A program made the position numbers and the translations under genes. A DNA stretch of 64,000 nt, from NCBI GenBank assembly GCA_017529875.1, contig JAFXNC010000004.1, forward strand, positions 1 through 64,000, in the 5' to 3' direction. This stretch comes from Ruminococcus sp. (GTDB lineage: Bacteria > Bacillota > Clostridia > Oscillospirales > Ruminococcaceae). Below the pieces are notes generated by a model. The model ran no database searches, was not told the origin of the DNA, and worked only from the letters and a program-made list of their open reading frames with translations. Shown here one piece after another: positions 1-9,917 of the stretch; the first letter of the stretch is position 1; each line of letters starts with the position of its first letter.

Positions 1-11
1 CTTATCTCTAA

Positions 12-350
12 GGATATTCCAGTGGGGGCTACGACGAGGAGATCGTCCACGACGTTGAGCGCCGTCAGAGCGACCTTGAACAGAAGAAGAACAAGAACAC
101 CGTGGATGTTGACGACATAGAGCTCAACCCCGACGACGATCTTGTGAACCAGGCCATAACCATAATCGTGGAGACCGGCAACGCCTCCACCGCCTTCTTG
201 CAGCGCCGGCTGAAACTGGGCTTCCCCAGGGCGGCGCGTATCATGGACGAGATCGAGCAGATGGGCATAATCGGTCCCCAGGAGGGCTCCAAGCCCCGCA
301 AGATCAACATAACCAAGGAAGAATGGTACGAGCGTCAGGGCAGGAACTGA
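12..350 (+). CDS. ftsK: DNA translocase FtsK/SpoIIIE, C-terminal end (linker and gamma winged-helix domain); partial, gene continues upstream of window. An in-frame TAA at 9-11 lies just inside the window edge
   Basis: Translation ...GGYDEEIVHDVERRQ...LVNQAITIIVETGNASTAFLQRRLKLGFPRAARIMDEIEQMGIIGPQEGSKPRKINITKEEW matches the conserved FtsK gamma domain (KOPS-binding winged helix). Confidence 0.8.
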   Translation, partial: GYSSGGYDEEIVHDVERRQSDLEQKKNKNTVDVDDIELNPDDDLVNQAITIIVETGNASTAFLQRRLKLGFPRAARIMDEIEQMGIIGPQEGSKPRKINITKEEWYERQGRN

Positions 351-353
351 GAT

Positions 354-950
354 ATGGCTGTGCTTGATTTCATTTTCATAACCGGCCCCTCGGCGGTGGG
401 CAAGACCACCCTTGCCAGGGAGCTCTACAAGCGCCTGGGCGGGGTATACATCGAGCAGAACGCCGTCCCGGAGTTCACCATACCCCCCTACGTCCTGGAC
501 GAAGGGGCATACGAGGAGCGGGTCTGCTGGGGCTGTGTGCTCAGGCAGGCGGAGTTCTTCAAGGGCCTCGGTATGCGCAATATCGTGATACTGGATTTCG
601 ACGACCTGCGCACCCGGGAGCTGCCGCTGGTCTTCAAGGGGCAGAGGTTCCTGATACTCAGGCTGTATTCCTCCGACCCCGAGCAGCTAAAGGTGCAGAT
701 GATACGCCGCGCCAAAAACGAGGGCGGGCTTTTCGACCTCACCCTCGCGGAGCGCATGAACCAAAAGATAAGCCGCAGACCGCTGCTGCCCAACGAGCTG
801 AGCATCGACGTGGCGGGCAAGACCGCAGAGCAGGTGTTGGAGGAGGCTTACGCTGCGGCTGAGAGCTTTGGACCCCTGACGGATTACGATTATCTTCCGG
901 GGAATATAAACGACTACTATTCATGGGTAAAGAGCAGAGGGCTCAACTGA
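354..950 (+). CDS. P-loop NTPase/kinase-like protein (Walker A GPSAVGKT), AAA/chloramphenicol-phosphotransferase-like fold
   Basis: 198-aa ORF, N-terminal FITGPSAVGKTTLAREL P-loop; function unknown. Confidence 0.55.
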   Translation: MAVLDFIFITGPSAVGKTTLARELYKRLGGVYIEQNAVPEFTIPPYVLDEGAYEERVCWGCVLRQAEFFKGLGMRNIVILDFDDLRTRELPLVFKGQRFLILRLYSSDPEQLKVQMIRRAKNEGGLFDLTLAERMNQKISRRPLLPNELSIDVAGKTAEQVLEEAYAAAESFGPLTDYDYLPGNINDYYSWVKSRGLN

Positions 951-972
951 GGCAGCAAAGGAGGCCTGTGAA

Positions 973-2889
973 ATGTTCATGCCGATAAGCAAGGAAGATC
1001 TGCGTACCCGGGGCATCGGGCAGCTGGACTTTGTGTATATCCTGGGTGACGCCTATGTGGATCACCCCAGCTTCGGCGCGTCCATAATCACCCGCGTCCT
1101 GGAGCATCACGGCTACACCTGCGGCATCATCGCCCAGCCCGCCTGGAACGACCCCGGCGCCTATCTGCGCCTGGGAAAGCCCCGGCTGGCCTGGCTGGTC
1201 AGCGCCGGGAACATCGACTCCATGGTGGCTCACTACACCGCCGCCAGGAAAAAGCGCTCCGACGACCTCTACTCCCCCGGAGGCAAGGCCGGCAGACGCC
1301 CCGACCGCGCAGCTACGGTCTATTCCCGTATGTGCCGGAGGGTGGCTCCGGAGATACCCATACTCTGCGGAGGCCTCGAAGTCTCTCTGAGGCGCTTTGC
1401 TCATTACGATTACTGGAACGACTGCGTCATGCCATCGGTACTGGTGGACAGCGGCGCGGATATACTTATGTTCGGCATGGGGGAGCACTCCATCGTCGAG
1501 CTTGCCGACCGGCTCAACGCCGGAGAGGCGGTCTCGGACATCAGGGATGTCCGGGGCACCTGCTACCTCTGCGACCCCAAGGATACCCCCATAGGGGCGG
1601 TGCAGTGCCCCTCCTACAAGGAGGTCTCCGAGAGCCGGGAGATGTACGCCCGCGCCTGCCGCATACAGTACGACCAGCAGGACGAGGTCTACGGCAAAAT
1701 GATAATCCAGCGCCACGGCGACAAGATGCTGGTGCAGAACCCGCCCGCCCTATCCCTGACCACAGCCGAGCTGGACGAGGTCTATTCGCTGCCCTACGAG
1801 CGCACCTATCACCCGGTCTACGAGGCCGAGGGGGGCGTGCCCTCTATCAAGGAGGTGCGTTTCTCCATAACCCATAACCGGGGCTGCTTCGGCTTTTGCA
1901 ACTTCTGCTCCATAGCCCTGCATCAGGGGCGCCGGGTCACGGTCAGGAGCGAGGAAAGCGTGCTCAAGGAGGCGGAGTATCTCACCACGCTGCCGGATTT
2001 CAAGGGCTATATCCACGATGTGGGCGGCCCTACGGCGAACTTCCGCCGCCCCTCCTGCGACAAGCAGCTCAAGGCCGGCCTCTGCAAGGGCAGGAAGTGC
2101 CTCGCACCGAAAGCCTGTCCCGCCCTGGTGGCAGACCACACCGAGTACATCCGCATACTCCGGAAGATGCGGGCGATCAAGGGCATCAAGAAGGTCTTTA
2201 TCCGCTCCGGCATCCGCTACGATTACGTCAACGAGGACAAGAACGAGGAATTTCTCACCGAGCTCATCAAGTATCACATCAGCGGACAGCTGAAGGTCGC
2301 CCCGGAGCATTGCTCTGCAGCGGTGCTGGACAAAATGGGCAAGCCCCACATCGAGGGGTATAAGAAATTCCAGAAACGCTACTACGAGATAAACCGGCGT
2401 GAGGGCATGGAGCAGTATCTTGTGCCCTACCTCATGAGCTCCCACCCCGGCTCCCGGTTACAGGACGCAGTGGAGCTGGCGCTGTTTTTAAAAGAGAACA
2501 AGATCCACCCGGAGCAGGTGCAGGACTTCTATCCCACCCCGGGGACGCTTTCCACCTGTATGTTCTACACCGAGCTTGACCCCTATACCCTTGAACCGGT
2601 ATACGTGGCCAAGAAGCCGGAGGAAAAGGCCATGCAGCGTGCTCTGCTGCAATACTTCCGTCCGGAGAACCGCCGCCGTATCATCGAGGCGCTGTGCAAG
2701 GCGGGCAGGGAAGACCTCATCGGTCACGGCGAGGGCAAGCTTGTCCCTCCCGATACCGAGTACCTCAAACGCAGGGCCGCCGAAAAGCGCACCCCCAAAC
2801 CCGGCAAGCCCGGCGCAAAACAACGTCACGGCAATAGTCAGTCCGGCGGGAACCCGCCGCGAAGCAAACCGACCCGCAGAAAGAAATGA
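973..2889 (+). CDS. ygiQ: YgiQ family radical SAM protein (UPF0313)
   Basis: 638 aa; N-terminal YgiQ domain, CxxxCxxC radical-SAM cluster (GCFGFCNFC), basic Lys/Arg-rich C-terminal tail; AGGAGG RBS 8 nt upstream of ATG. Confidence 0.85.
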   Translation: MFMPISKEDLRTRGIGQLDFVYILGDAYVDHPSFGASIITRVLEHHGYTCGIIAQPAWNDPGAYLRLGKPRLAWLVSAGNIDSMVAHYTAARKKRSDDLYSPGGKAGRRPDRAATVYSRMCRRVAPEIPILCGGLEVSLRRFAHYDYWNDCVMPSVLVDSGADILMFGMGEHSIVELADRLNAGEAVSDIRDVRGTCYLCDPKDTPIGAVQCPSYKEVSESREMYARACRIQYDQQDEVYGKMIIQRHGDKMLVQNPPALSLTTAELDEVYSLPYERTYHPVYEAEGGVPSIKEVRFSITHNRGCFGFCNFCSIALHQGRRVTVRSEESVLKEAEYLTTLPDFKGYIHDVGGPTANFRRPSCDKQLKAGLCKGRKCLAPKACPALVADHTEYIRILRKMRAIKGIKKVFIRSGIRYDYVNEDKNEEFLTELIKYHISGQLKVAPEHCSAAVLDKMGKPHIEGYKKFQKRYYEINRREGMEQYLVPYLMSSHPGSRLQDAVELALFLKENKIHPEQVQDFYPTPGTLSTCMFYTELDPYTLEPVYVAKKPEEKAMQRALLQYFRPENRRRIIEALCKAGREDLIGHGEGKLVPPDTEYLKRRAAEKRTPKPGKPGAKQRHGNSQSGGNPPRSKPTRRKK

Positions 2890-3824
2890 GTAAACGCAGA
2901 TACAAAAAACGCAGAAAAAAGCTGACCCGCCGCTGTCTCAGGGGCATAGTGCTGCTGACGGTGCTGGCGGCTGTGGGAGCAGTGTCGCTGCTGGTATGGC
3001 TGGGGGTCATCGACCCGGCAGTCTTCGGCATCACTAAGCCTCCCGCCGCTGACGGCGCATCCACCTCGGTGAGATCCATAGACGTGGGGCAGGGGGACTG
3101 CACCCTGGTCTGCTCCGGGGGCTCTGCCATGCTCATAGACTCCGGCGAAAGCGACGGCAAGGACAGGGTCATCTCATACATCAAGAGCCTTGGCATAAGC
3201 CGCCTTGACTGCGTCCTCATCACCCACCCCCACTCAGACCACATGGGGGAGATGCCGGACATACTGGAGGCCTTCGACGTGGGCAGGGTCATAATGCCCC
3301 GGCTCCCCGACGAGCTTGTTCCCACCGGCTACTCCTATGAAAAGCTGCTGAAAGTGATAAACAGCAGGGATATCAAATTGGAGGCAGCCTCGAACACCGG
3401 CTTCACCCTCGGAGATATCAGGGTAGACACTTTCATTCCCCGGGAGTACACCGAAAAGCTCAATAACTGCTCAACGGTGGTAAAGCTCACCCACGGTGAG
3501 AACAGCTTCCTGATAACCGGCGACTGCGAACGTGAGGAGGAAAAAGACCTGCTCACTCAGGGCTTCGACCTCAGCGCCGATGTGCTGAAAGTCGGGCATC
3601 ACGGCAGCGCCTCTGCCAGCTCCGAGGAGTTTCTGGCGGCAGTCAGGCCGTCCTATGCGGTGATATCCTGCTCTGCGGACAACGACTACGGCCACCCCCA
3701 CGAAAAGACGCTGATGCGCCTCAAAGCCCTCTCGGTGAAACTGTACATCACCCGCGACAGCGGCACGGTGACTTTTCTCTCCGACGGCAAGGGGCTGACC
3801 GTGGAAACAGAAAGAGGGACATGA
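2886..3824 (+). CDS. ComEC/Rec2-related MBL-fold metallo-hydrolase (membrane-anchored, beta-lactamase-like domain only)
   Basis: N-terminal TM helix; HPHSDH and GDCE/HHGS motifs typical of the ComEC C-terminal MBL domain; ATGA overlap with ygiQ stop. Confidence 0.75.
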   Translation: MSKRRYKKRRKKLTRRCLRGIVLLTVLAAVGAVSLLVWLGVIDPAVFGITKPPAADGASTSVRSIDVGQGDCTLVCSGGSAMLIDSGESDGKDRVISYIKSLGISRLDCVLITHPHSDHMGEMPDILEAFDVGRVIMPRLPDELVPTGYSYEKLLKVINSRDIKLEAASNTGFTLGDIRVDTFIPREYTEKLNNCSTVVKLTHGENSFLITGDCEREEEKDLLTQGFDLSADVLKVGHHGSASASSEEFLAAVRPSYAVISCSADNDYGHPHEKTLMRLKALSVKLYITRDSGTVTFLSDGKGLTVETERGT

Positions 3825-4042
3825 CGATGCTCTATGCCCAGCGCATAGCAGAGGGGCTCATCCTCTGCGAAGACCGGTCCGGCGGGCGGGTAAAGCTCAC
3901 CCCGGATATGTGTGACGGAGAAATAAAAGAAGGCGACGTCCTGATAAAACGCGGGGATAAATACCGCCCGAGCCGCCGCCTAACAGATAAGCGCCGCAAA
4001 GAGCTTGCCGCTTTGCAGCGGGAGCTTTTCGGCAAGAAATAA
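3821..4042 (+). CDS. DUF3006 domain protein
   Basis: 73-aa ORF; ATGA-coupled to the ComEC-MBL gene, the canonical partner of DUF3006. Confidence 0.6.
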   Translation: MTMLYAQRIAEGLILCEDRSGGRVKLTPDMCDGEIKEGDVLIKRGDKYRPSRRLTDKRRKELAALQRELFGKK

Positions 4043-4062
4043 CCGATGTCAGGAGGATAATT

Positions 4063-4941
4063 ATGGAAAAGGATCTTTTTGCGCTGATAAATGAAAGGCT
4101 GCCCAAGCTCTCAAAGGGGCATAAGCTGATCGCAAATTTTATCCTTTCGCACTATGACAAGGCCGCGTTCATGACCGCGCAGAAGCTGGGTCTCACCGTA
4201 GGGGTCAGCGAATCCACCGTGGTCAGATTCGCCACCGAGCTGGGCTATGACGGCTATCCCGCGCTGCAGCGGGCTTTGCAGGGGCTCATGCGCAACAAGC
4301 TCACCGCCGTTCAGCGCATCGAGGTGATGAACGACCGCCTCACCCGGGACGACGTTCTCGAGCGGGTGCTCTCCCTCGACATCGAAAAGATCAGGCGCAC
4401 CCTGGAGGAGACCTCGGTGGAGGACTTCAACCGCGCCGTGGACATGATCTCCTCCGCCAACACCATCTATATCCTTGCCGCCCGCTCCACCGCGCCGCTG
4501 GCAAGCTTTCTGGGGTACTACTTCACGCTGATCTTCCCCAAGGTGAAGCTGGTCCACAACTCCACCACCAGCGAGATGTTCGAGCAGATCATGCACATCG
4601 ACGAGAAGGACGTCATCATCGGCATATCCTTCCCCCGCTACTCCAAGCAGACCGTCAAGGCGCTGAGATTCGCCAAGAGCAAGGGCACTCACGTCATCGC
4701 CCTCACCGACTCTATCAGCTCACCCCTCGCCCAGTACGCAGACACTCTGCTGCTGGCTCACAGCGATATGGCATCCTTCGTGGACTCCCTCGTAGCGCCT
4801 CTGAGCCTGATAAACGCCCTTATCGTGGCGGTGTCTATCAACGACATTGACCGGGTATCGCAGAACTTCGAGCGCCTGGAACAGATCTGGGAGGAATACG
4901 ATGTGTACGAAAAATCGGACAACGAGAGCAGCAAGGACTGA
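4063..4941 (+). CDS. MurR/RpiR family transcriptional regulator (HTH + SIS domain)
   Basis: N-terminal HTH_6 (AFMTAQKLGLTVGVSESTVVRFATELGY) and C-terminal SIS sugar-phosphate-binding domain. Confidence 0.85.
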   Translation: MEKDLFALINERLPKLSKGHKLIANFILSHYDKAAFMTAQKLGLTVGVSESTVVRFATELGYDGYPALQRALQGLMRNKLTAVQRIEVMNDRLTRDDVLERVLSLDIEKIRRTLEETSVEDFNRAVDMISSANTIYILAARSTAPLASFLGYYFTLIFPKVKLVHNSTTSEMFEQIMHIDEKDVIIGISFPRYSKQTVKALRFAKSKGTHVIALTDSISSPLAQYADTLLLAHSDMASFVDSLVAPLSLINALIVAVSINDIDRVSQNFERLEQIWEEYDVYEKSDNESSKD

Positions 4942-4972
4942 ACCGCCCGCCGCTTAACGAAAGGAGAGCCCC

Positions 4973-5623
4973 ATGGCTTTTGACTTCAAAAAGGAATACA
5001 AGGAATTCTATATGCCCCCAAAGACCCCGACTGTCGTGACCCTGCCCGCCGTGAACTACATCGCGGTCAGGGGCAAGGGCGACCCCAACGCCGAGGGCGG
5101 CGAGTACAAGCAGAGCATCGAGCTGCTCTACGGCATAGCCTACACGATAAAGATGAGCAAAAAGGGCTCCCGGGCTATCGAGGGCTACTTTGACTATGTG
5201 GTGCCGCCCCTTGAGGGCTTCTGGTGGCAGGAGGGGGTCAGCGGCATCGACTACTCCCGCAAGGCCGATTTCAACTGGATCTCCGTGATACGCCTGCCGG
5301 ATTTCGTCACCAGGGCTGACTTCGACTGGGCAGTCTCAGAGGCGGCAAGGAAAAAGGGCGGCGACTTCTCCAAGGCCGAGTTCATGACCTATGACGAGGG
5401 GCTGTGCGTGCAGTGTATGCATATCGGCAGCTACGACGACGAGCCCGCCACAGTGGAGCTGATGCACAGGTTCGCGGAGAGTCAGGGCTATGCCCTCGAT
5501 ATCACCGACAAGCGCCTGCATCACGAGATATACCTCTCGGACGCCCGGAAGGTGGAGCCCGCCAAGCTCAAGACCGTCATCCGCCACCCCATAGCGCCCG
5601 CAAAGCCGGGCTCACCGCTGTGA
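4973..5623 (+). CDS. GyrI-like small-molecule-binding domain protein
   Basis: 216 aa; the two halves show the duplicated GyrI-like/effector-binding fold (FWWQEG... motif region). Confidence 0.5.
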   Translation: MAFDFKKEYKEFYMPPKTPTVVTLPAVNYIAVRGKGDPNAEGGEYKQSIELLYGIAYTIKMSKKGSRAIEGYFDYVVPPLEGFWWQEGVSGIDYSRKADFNWISVIRLPDFVTRADFDWAVSEAARKKGGDFSKAEFMTYDEGLCVQCMHIGSYDDEPATVELMHRFAESQGYALDITDKRLHHEIYLSDARKVEPAKLKTVIRHPIAPAKPGSPL

Positions 5624-6837
5624 ACTGCGGCAGGCTGATAGTCGGCGGGGGAGCCGCAGGGCTGTTCTGCGCGGTGCAGGCGGCCTGGCAGGGGGAAGAA
5701 GTCATCGTCGCCGAGCACGGCAGGAAGTGCGGTCAGAAGCTGCTCATCACCGGCAAGGGGCGCTGCAACGTCACCAACAACTGCGACGTGCAGACCGTCA
5801 TGAAGAACATCCCCCGGAACCCGAAGTTCATGTTCTCGGCGCTGTCGCGCTTCGCCCCCGAGGACACTATGGCCTTTTTCGAGAGCCTTGGAGTGCCGCT
5901 GAAAACCGAGCGGGGAAACCGGGTCTTTCCGGAGAGCGACAGGGCGGAGGATATCCGCTCGGCACTGCTGAACGCCTGCCGTGACGCAGGTGTGCGCATC
6001 GTCACCGACGAGATCACCGGGCTCATTGTCTCCGAGGGCGTATGCACCGGAGCGGTAGGCCGGACAGGCGAGTATCACGCTGACAAAGTGGTCATCGCCA
6101 CCGGCGGCAAAAGCTACCCCGTCACCGGCTCCGACGGCAGCGGCTATGAGCTTGCCCGCAGCGCAGGCCACACCGTCACCGAGATACAGCCCTCACTGGT
6201 GCCTCTGGTCTGCGAAGGCCGGGACTGCGCTGAAATGATGGGGCTCTCCCTGCGCAACTGCACCCTCTCACTTTTCGAGGAGGGCAGCCCCAAGCCCCTC
6301 TACACCGAGCTGGGGGAGATGCTGTTCACCCACTTCGGCATGAGCGGCCCTCTGGTGCTGTCGGCGTCGGCGCATATCGCGGACATACGGGAGAAGAAGT
6401 ACCGCATCGTCATCGACTTAAAGCCCGCCCTGTCGGAGCAGAAGCTTGACGAGCGCATCCTCCGGGACATCGCCGAGCAGCCCAACAAGGACTTCTCAAA
6501 CCTCCTGCGCAAGCTGCTCCCCGCCAAGATGATACCGGTGATCGTGAAGCGCAGCGGCATCGAGGGCTTTAAAAAGGGCAATCAGATCACCGCTGAGGAA
6601 CGGAGCAGGCTCATCAGGCTGCTCAAAGGCCTGGAATTTCCTGTTAAGGGTCTGCGCCCGGTGGAGGAAGCCATCATCACCCGGGGCGGCGTCAGCACCG
6701 ACGAGATCAGCCCGAAAAACATGGAGTCCAAGATCATCAAGAATTTACACTTCATCGGCGAGATCCTCGACGTAGACGCCTACACCGGAGGTTTCAACCT
6801 GCAGATAGCCTTCTCCACGGCCTATGCGTGCGTATGA
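5620..6837 (+). CDS. NAD(P)/FAD-dependent oxidoreductase, HI0933/YhiN (aminoacetone oxidase-like) family
   Basis: GGGAAGLFCA dinucleotide-binding motif; family-typical length. Start uncertain: GTG 5620 overlaps the upstream stop, and the ORF-track ORF 5404.. runs in frame through the upstream gene. Confidence 0.75.
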   Translation: MNCGRLIVGGGAAGLFCAVQAAWQGEEVIVAEHGRKCGQKLLITGKGRCNVTNNCDVQTVMKNIPRNPKFMFSALSRFAPEDTMAFFESLGVPLKTERGNRVFPESDRAEDIRSALLNACRDAGVRIVTDEITGLIVSEGVCTGAVGRTGEYHADKVVIATGGKSYPVTGSDGSGYELARSAGHTVTEIQPSLVPLVCEGRDCAEMMGLSLRNCTLSLFEEGSPKPLYTELGEMLFTHFGMSGPLVLSASAHIADIREKKYRIVIDLKPALSEQKLDERILRDIAEQPNKDFSNLLRKLLPAKMIPVIVKRSGIEGFKKGNQITAEERSRLIRLLKGLEFPVKGLRPVEEAIITRGGVSTDEISPKNMESKIIKNLHFIGEILDVDAYTGGFNLQIAFSTAYACV

Positions 6838-6850
6838 TCGACGGTAAAAC

Positions 6851-6905
6851 AAAGAGTGAACAGTATCTGCCTCTGTTCTGAAAGCAGATCACTGTTCACT
6901 CTTTT
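6851..6905. terminator. bidirectional rho-independent terminator
   Basis: Perfect 12-bp stem AGAGTGAACAGT...ACTGTTCACTCT followed by a T-run; lies between convergent genes. Confidence 0.7.
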
Positions 6906-6926
6906 CTTTTATCTGCCGGTATCCAC

Positions 6927-7436
6927 TCACTTGTGGTACTTCGTCCTACGCCCGATCTGGAACGCCCTGTATATCTGCTCTAACAGCATTATCCGGGCGA
7001 GCTGGTGGGGGAAGGTCATCCTGGACATGGACAGCCGCAGGTCGGCGCGGCGCTTTACCTCGTCGCTGATGCCGAAGGAGGAACCGATGATGAAGTTCAC
7101 CACCGGGCAGCCCCCCACCGCCAGGGAGGAAAGCTTCTCCGACAGCTCAGGGCTTGTGATCTGCCCGCCCTCGATGCACATGGCGATGTTGTAAGCCCCC
7201 TTGGCAGAGAACAGCGGCTCCATGGCCTTCGCCTCGTCGGCGAGGGCTCTTTGTATCTCCTTGTCGGAGGGAGCGTCGGGCAGACGGCTCTCCGCAAGCT
7301 CGGTGATGACCAGCTTGCAGTCCGCGGACAGCCGCTTGGAGTACTCCGCGGCAGCGTCCCGCCAGTAGGCCTCTTTCAGCTTGCCCACCGTTATCAGATT
7401 TATCCGTATCAGAAGATCACCGCCCTTGTGTAGCAC
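6927..7436 (-). CDS. rlmH: 23S rRNA (pseudouridine1915-N3)-methyltransferase RlmH
   Basis: INLITVGKLKEAYWRDAAAEY... SPOUT fold. True start probably a few codons downstream of the GTG at 7436. Confidence 0.85.
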   Translation of the reverse strand: MLHKGGDLLIRINLITVGKLKEAYWRDAAAEYSKRLSADCKLVITELAESRLPDAPSDKEIQRALADEAKAMEPLFSAKGAYNIAMCIEGGQITSPELSEKLSSLAVGGCPVVNFIIGSSFGISDEVKRRADLRLSMSRMTFPHQLARIMLLEQIYRAFQIGRRTKYHK

Positions 7437-8194
7437 TCCGGCTCCGCTATGATGAGCCTGTAATCGTAGTTTTCCTCAAACCCCGCCAGCCCTTTCAGCG
7501 CCGACTCCCGCACCAGCCGGGGCAGATTGCTGTTGCGGCTGATGTGCCCCAGTACGAAGTGCTTAGTGCCGCTTCTGATAAGCATTGAAAGGGTCTCGGA
7601 GCAGTCGTCGTTGGACAGATGCCCCACCGACGAGAGTATCCGCTCCACCACCGGATAAGGGTAGGGGCCGTTTCGCAGCATCCTCACGTCGTAGTTGGAT
7701 TCGAGCAGTATCATGTCGCAGCCTGTTATCGCTTGCCGTACCGTGTCGGTCATGACCCCCAGGTCGGTGCAGAGGGCGGAGCGTTTGCCGTCCTCGTGGT
7801 CGATGACGAAGCCGCAGCTGGCAGGGCAGTCGTGACTGGTGGCAAAATGCGTCACCGCCATTATCCCCAGGTCAGCGGTGCCGTTCTCAAGAGGGACGGC
7901 ATCTAAGCCGGGCTTGAGCTTGCCGCTGTCAAAAAGCTCCCGGAGGTTGGCCTCCTGAGCGTAGACCTTGCAGCGGTATTTCGACACAAAGGCCCCCAGC
8001 CCGCCGATGTGGTCGCTGTGGGTGTGGGTGACGAACACCGCCTTGACCGCCTCCGGCTCTATGCCGTTGTATCTCAGGGCGTCGCAGATGCGCTTGCGGC
8101 TCACTCCCGCGTCTATGAGTATGCCGCCCCGTTCGTCGCCCACGAATGAGCAGTTGCCGCTGCTGGATGAAAACAGCGGATAGAATCTTGCCAT
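7409..8194 (-). CDS. MBL-fold metallo-hydrolase, WalJ/YycJ-like
   Basis: HTHSDH motif, 261 aa. The MBL-rlmH adjacency mirrors B. subtilis yycJ ... rlmH synteny. Confidence 0.8.
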   Translation of the reverse strand: MARFYPLFSSSSGNCSFVGDERGGILIDAGVSRKRICDALRYNGIEPEAVKAVFVTHTHSDHIGGLGAFVSKYRCKVYAQEANLRELFDSGKLKPGLDAVPLENGTADLGIMAVTHFATSHDCPASCGFVIDHEDGKRSALCTDLGVMTDTVRQAITGCDMILLESNYDVRMLRNGPYPYPVVERILSSVGHLSNDDCSETLSMLIRSGTKHFVLGHISRNSNLPRLVRESALKGLAGFEENYDYRLIIAEPECYTRAVIF

Positions 8195-8203
8195 AGCTCC
8201 TCC

Positions 8204-8653
8204 TCAGTCCTCCCCGGAAAGGGTCTTTTCCATGCGTATGCAGTCGAAGGTGTCCCCGTGTATCATTGTTCTGTCGGTGACTGCGTAGCCCAGCTTTTCG
8301 TAGAAGCCCACCGCCACGTCGCGGCTCTCCACCACGGCCTTGACAAAGCCCAGGTCGCAAAGCCATTTTTCGGCTTCACGCACGACTTTTAGCCCGAGCC
8401 CCTTGCCCCGGTACTCCGGCAGCACCACCACCCGGCCTATCATGGCAGCGCCGTCCCCGAGGGGATAGAACCTGCTGGTGGCCACCGGGAAGTCTCCGTC
8501 GGTCAGCACTATGTATTTGGTGTCGGGAGTATCGTGGCTGTCAAATTCTCTGCGCAGCGTGATGCCGTGCTGCCTTGCCATGCCCTGTATCCTGACGTAG
8601 TATGCGCCTGCCTGCTGCCAGGTCTCGGAGGCGCGGATGACCCTGATGTCCAT
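8204..8653 (-). CDS. GNAT family N-acetyltransferase
   Basis: Start taken at the internal ATG (MDIRVIRASE...), which has a GGGGAGGA RBS; RGKGLG acetyl-CoA-binding motif. Confidence 0.8.
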   Translation of the reverse strand: MDIRVIRASETWQQAGAYYVRIQGMARQHGITLRREFDSHDTPDTKYIVLTDGDFPVATSRFYPLGDGAAMIGRVVVLPEYRGKGLGLKVVREAEKWLCDLGFVKAVVESRDVAVGFYEKLGYAVTDRTMIHGDTFDCIRMEKTLSGED

Positions 8654-8665
8654 ATATCCTCCCCG

Positions 8666-8700
8666 GATAAAAATACCGGGCAGACGTTTGGGGAGTCTGC
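8666..8700 (-). terminator. rho-independent terminator downstream of surface-protein gene
   Basis: CGGGCAGAC...GTCTGCCCG stem flanked by an A/T run. Confidence 0.6.
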
Positions 8701-8711
8701 CCGTATTGGTC

Positions 8712-9917
8712 TTACTTTTTCTTGACGAATCTCCGTCTGCTGATGTCGTAGGTCTTGTTGCTCTTTCTGCCCAGGATGATGAACACCGCAACGCCCGCGA
8801 TGACCACGCCTGCCACAACGCCTATGATGATGAACACCACATGGCTGCCTATGGAGGAATCTCCCTCGGAGCTTGTGGCTGCGGCAGCGGCAGCGGATGC
8901 TGCTGCGGACTCGGCAGCTGAGGTCATTTCGGAAGCCGACGATGTCTCGGCGGCGGTGGCGGTCTCGGCAGCAGAGCTGTCCTCGGACTTCGATTCTGCG
9001 GGAGGCTCCGGCTCATCTACAGCCAGGGTCTTGCAGTTCATGACGTAGATATCGGTGCAGGTCATGGTGTACTGTCCGGTGTCCCCCACATATACCGTGT
9101 AAACACAGCTGAAATCGTCGGTGCCGTAGGCGTCAACGATAGACTTGTAGTTGAAGTATGCAAAGCTGTTATTGAAGTCCATGGGAGCGACCTTCGCCCA
9201 TACGGTGCCGTTCTTGGCCTTGGGGGAGACTTTATCGTCGGTGCTCTGGAGGATGAACTCCACCGGATCCGAGTAAACGGTGTCGGTGGCATCCAGCTCG
9301 TATCTTACGATAACGTAGGAATCCGGGGTAAGGGTGCTGGTATCGAACCTGTCCACGCCCACCGAAACGCTCTGATGCCAGTCCTTGCTGGGCTTGGCGT
9401 CGGCGGTGTGTACCCAGGTGGCGTGGTATTTGTTGTTCTCAGCCATTTCATTGGCGGAGAGGACGTTGGCGGCCTCAACGCTCTTGCAGGTTATGGGCGA
9501 CGCGCCTGCGGGAACGATCTCCATTGCGAAGACCATATCCGGGGTCACTTCCCCCAGGACCTTGGTGAGATCGTCGTAGGTGTAAACGGCTGTGCCGTCC
9601 TTGTATTCCTTATAGGGGACCTCCGCCATCAGGGGCGCTCCGAAGTCAAAAGCATCGTTGCTCTTTCTGTCCCAGTAATCGAGCATGAGCCTGAAAGGAC
9701 ATTCCTCGCCTTCGCCGCCTTCGCAGGTGACGGTAAGAGTGGAATCTTCGCCGAACTGCGCGAGGGAGAGCTTGTTTGAGTTTACGGTAAAGGAAGTGCC
9801 GTCGGCAGTTTCGACTGCGGATCTTGTATCGACTGTGATATCGGCTGCTGCTGCAGAAAACGCGCTGAGAGCTATTGCAGCCGCAGCTCCAATAAGCATA
9901 GCAAAGGTTTTCTTCAT
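8712..9917 (-). CDS. secreted, cell-surface-anchored protein (signal peptide, globular domain, Ser/Ala/Thr-rich stalk, C-terminal TM anchor)
   Basis: N-terminal signal peptide MKKTFAMLIGAAAAIALSAFSAAAA; low-complexity SAAETATAAETSSASE... linker; C-terminal hydrophobic helix plus basic tail. Confidence 0.6.
   Translation of the reverse strand: MKKTFAMLIGAAAAIALSAFSAAAADITVDTRSAVETADGTSFTVNSNKLSLAQFGEDSTLTVTCEGGEGEECPFRLMLDYWDRKSNDAFDFGAPLMAEVPYKEYKDGTAVYTYDDLTKVLGEVTPDMVFAMEIVPAGASPITCKSVEAANVLSANEMAENNKYHATWVHTADAKPSKDWHQSVSVGVDRFDTSTLTPDSYVIVRYELDATDTVYSDPVEFILQSTDDKVSPKAKNGTVWAKVAPMDFNNSFAYFNYKSIVDAYGTDDFSCVYTVYVGDTGQYTMTCTDIYVMNCKTLAVDEPEPPAESKSEDSSAAETATAAETSSASEMTSAAESAAASAAAAAATSSEGDSSIGSHVVFIIIGVVAGVVIAGVAVFIILGRKSNKTYDISRRRFVKKK

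Noticed and set aside
5404-5619. N-terminal 72 codons of the ORF-track ORF 5404-6837
   Set aside because: This segment overlaps the GyrI-like gene in another frame. The FAD-oxidoreductase homology begins at about 5620 (VNCGRLIVGGGAAG).
6856-7194. 112-aa forward ORF
   Set aside because: It is antisense to rlmH and begins inside the bidirectional terminator.
8204-8818. Extended 204-aa version of the GNAT ORF
   Set aside because: The upstream 55 codons have no RBS and read through the terminator of the neighbouring gene. The internal ATG at 8653 has a GGGGAGGA RBS.
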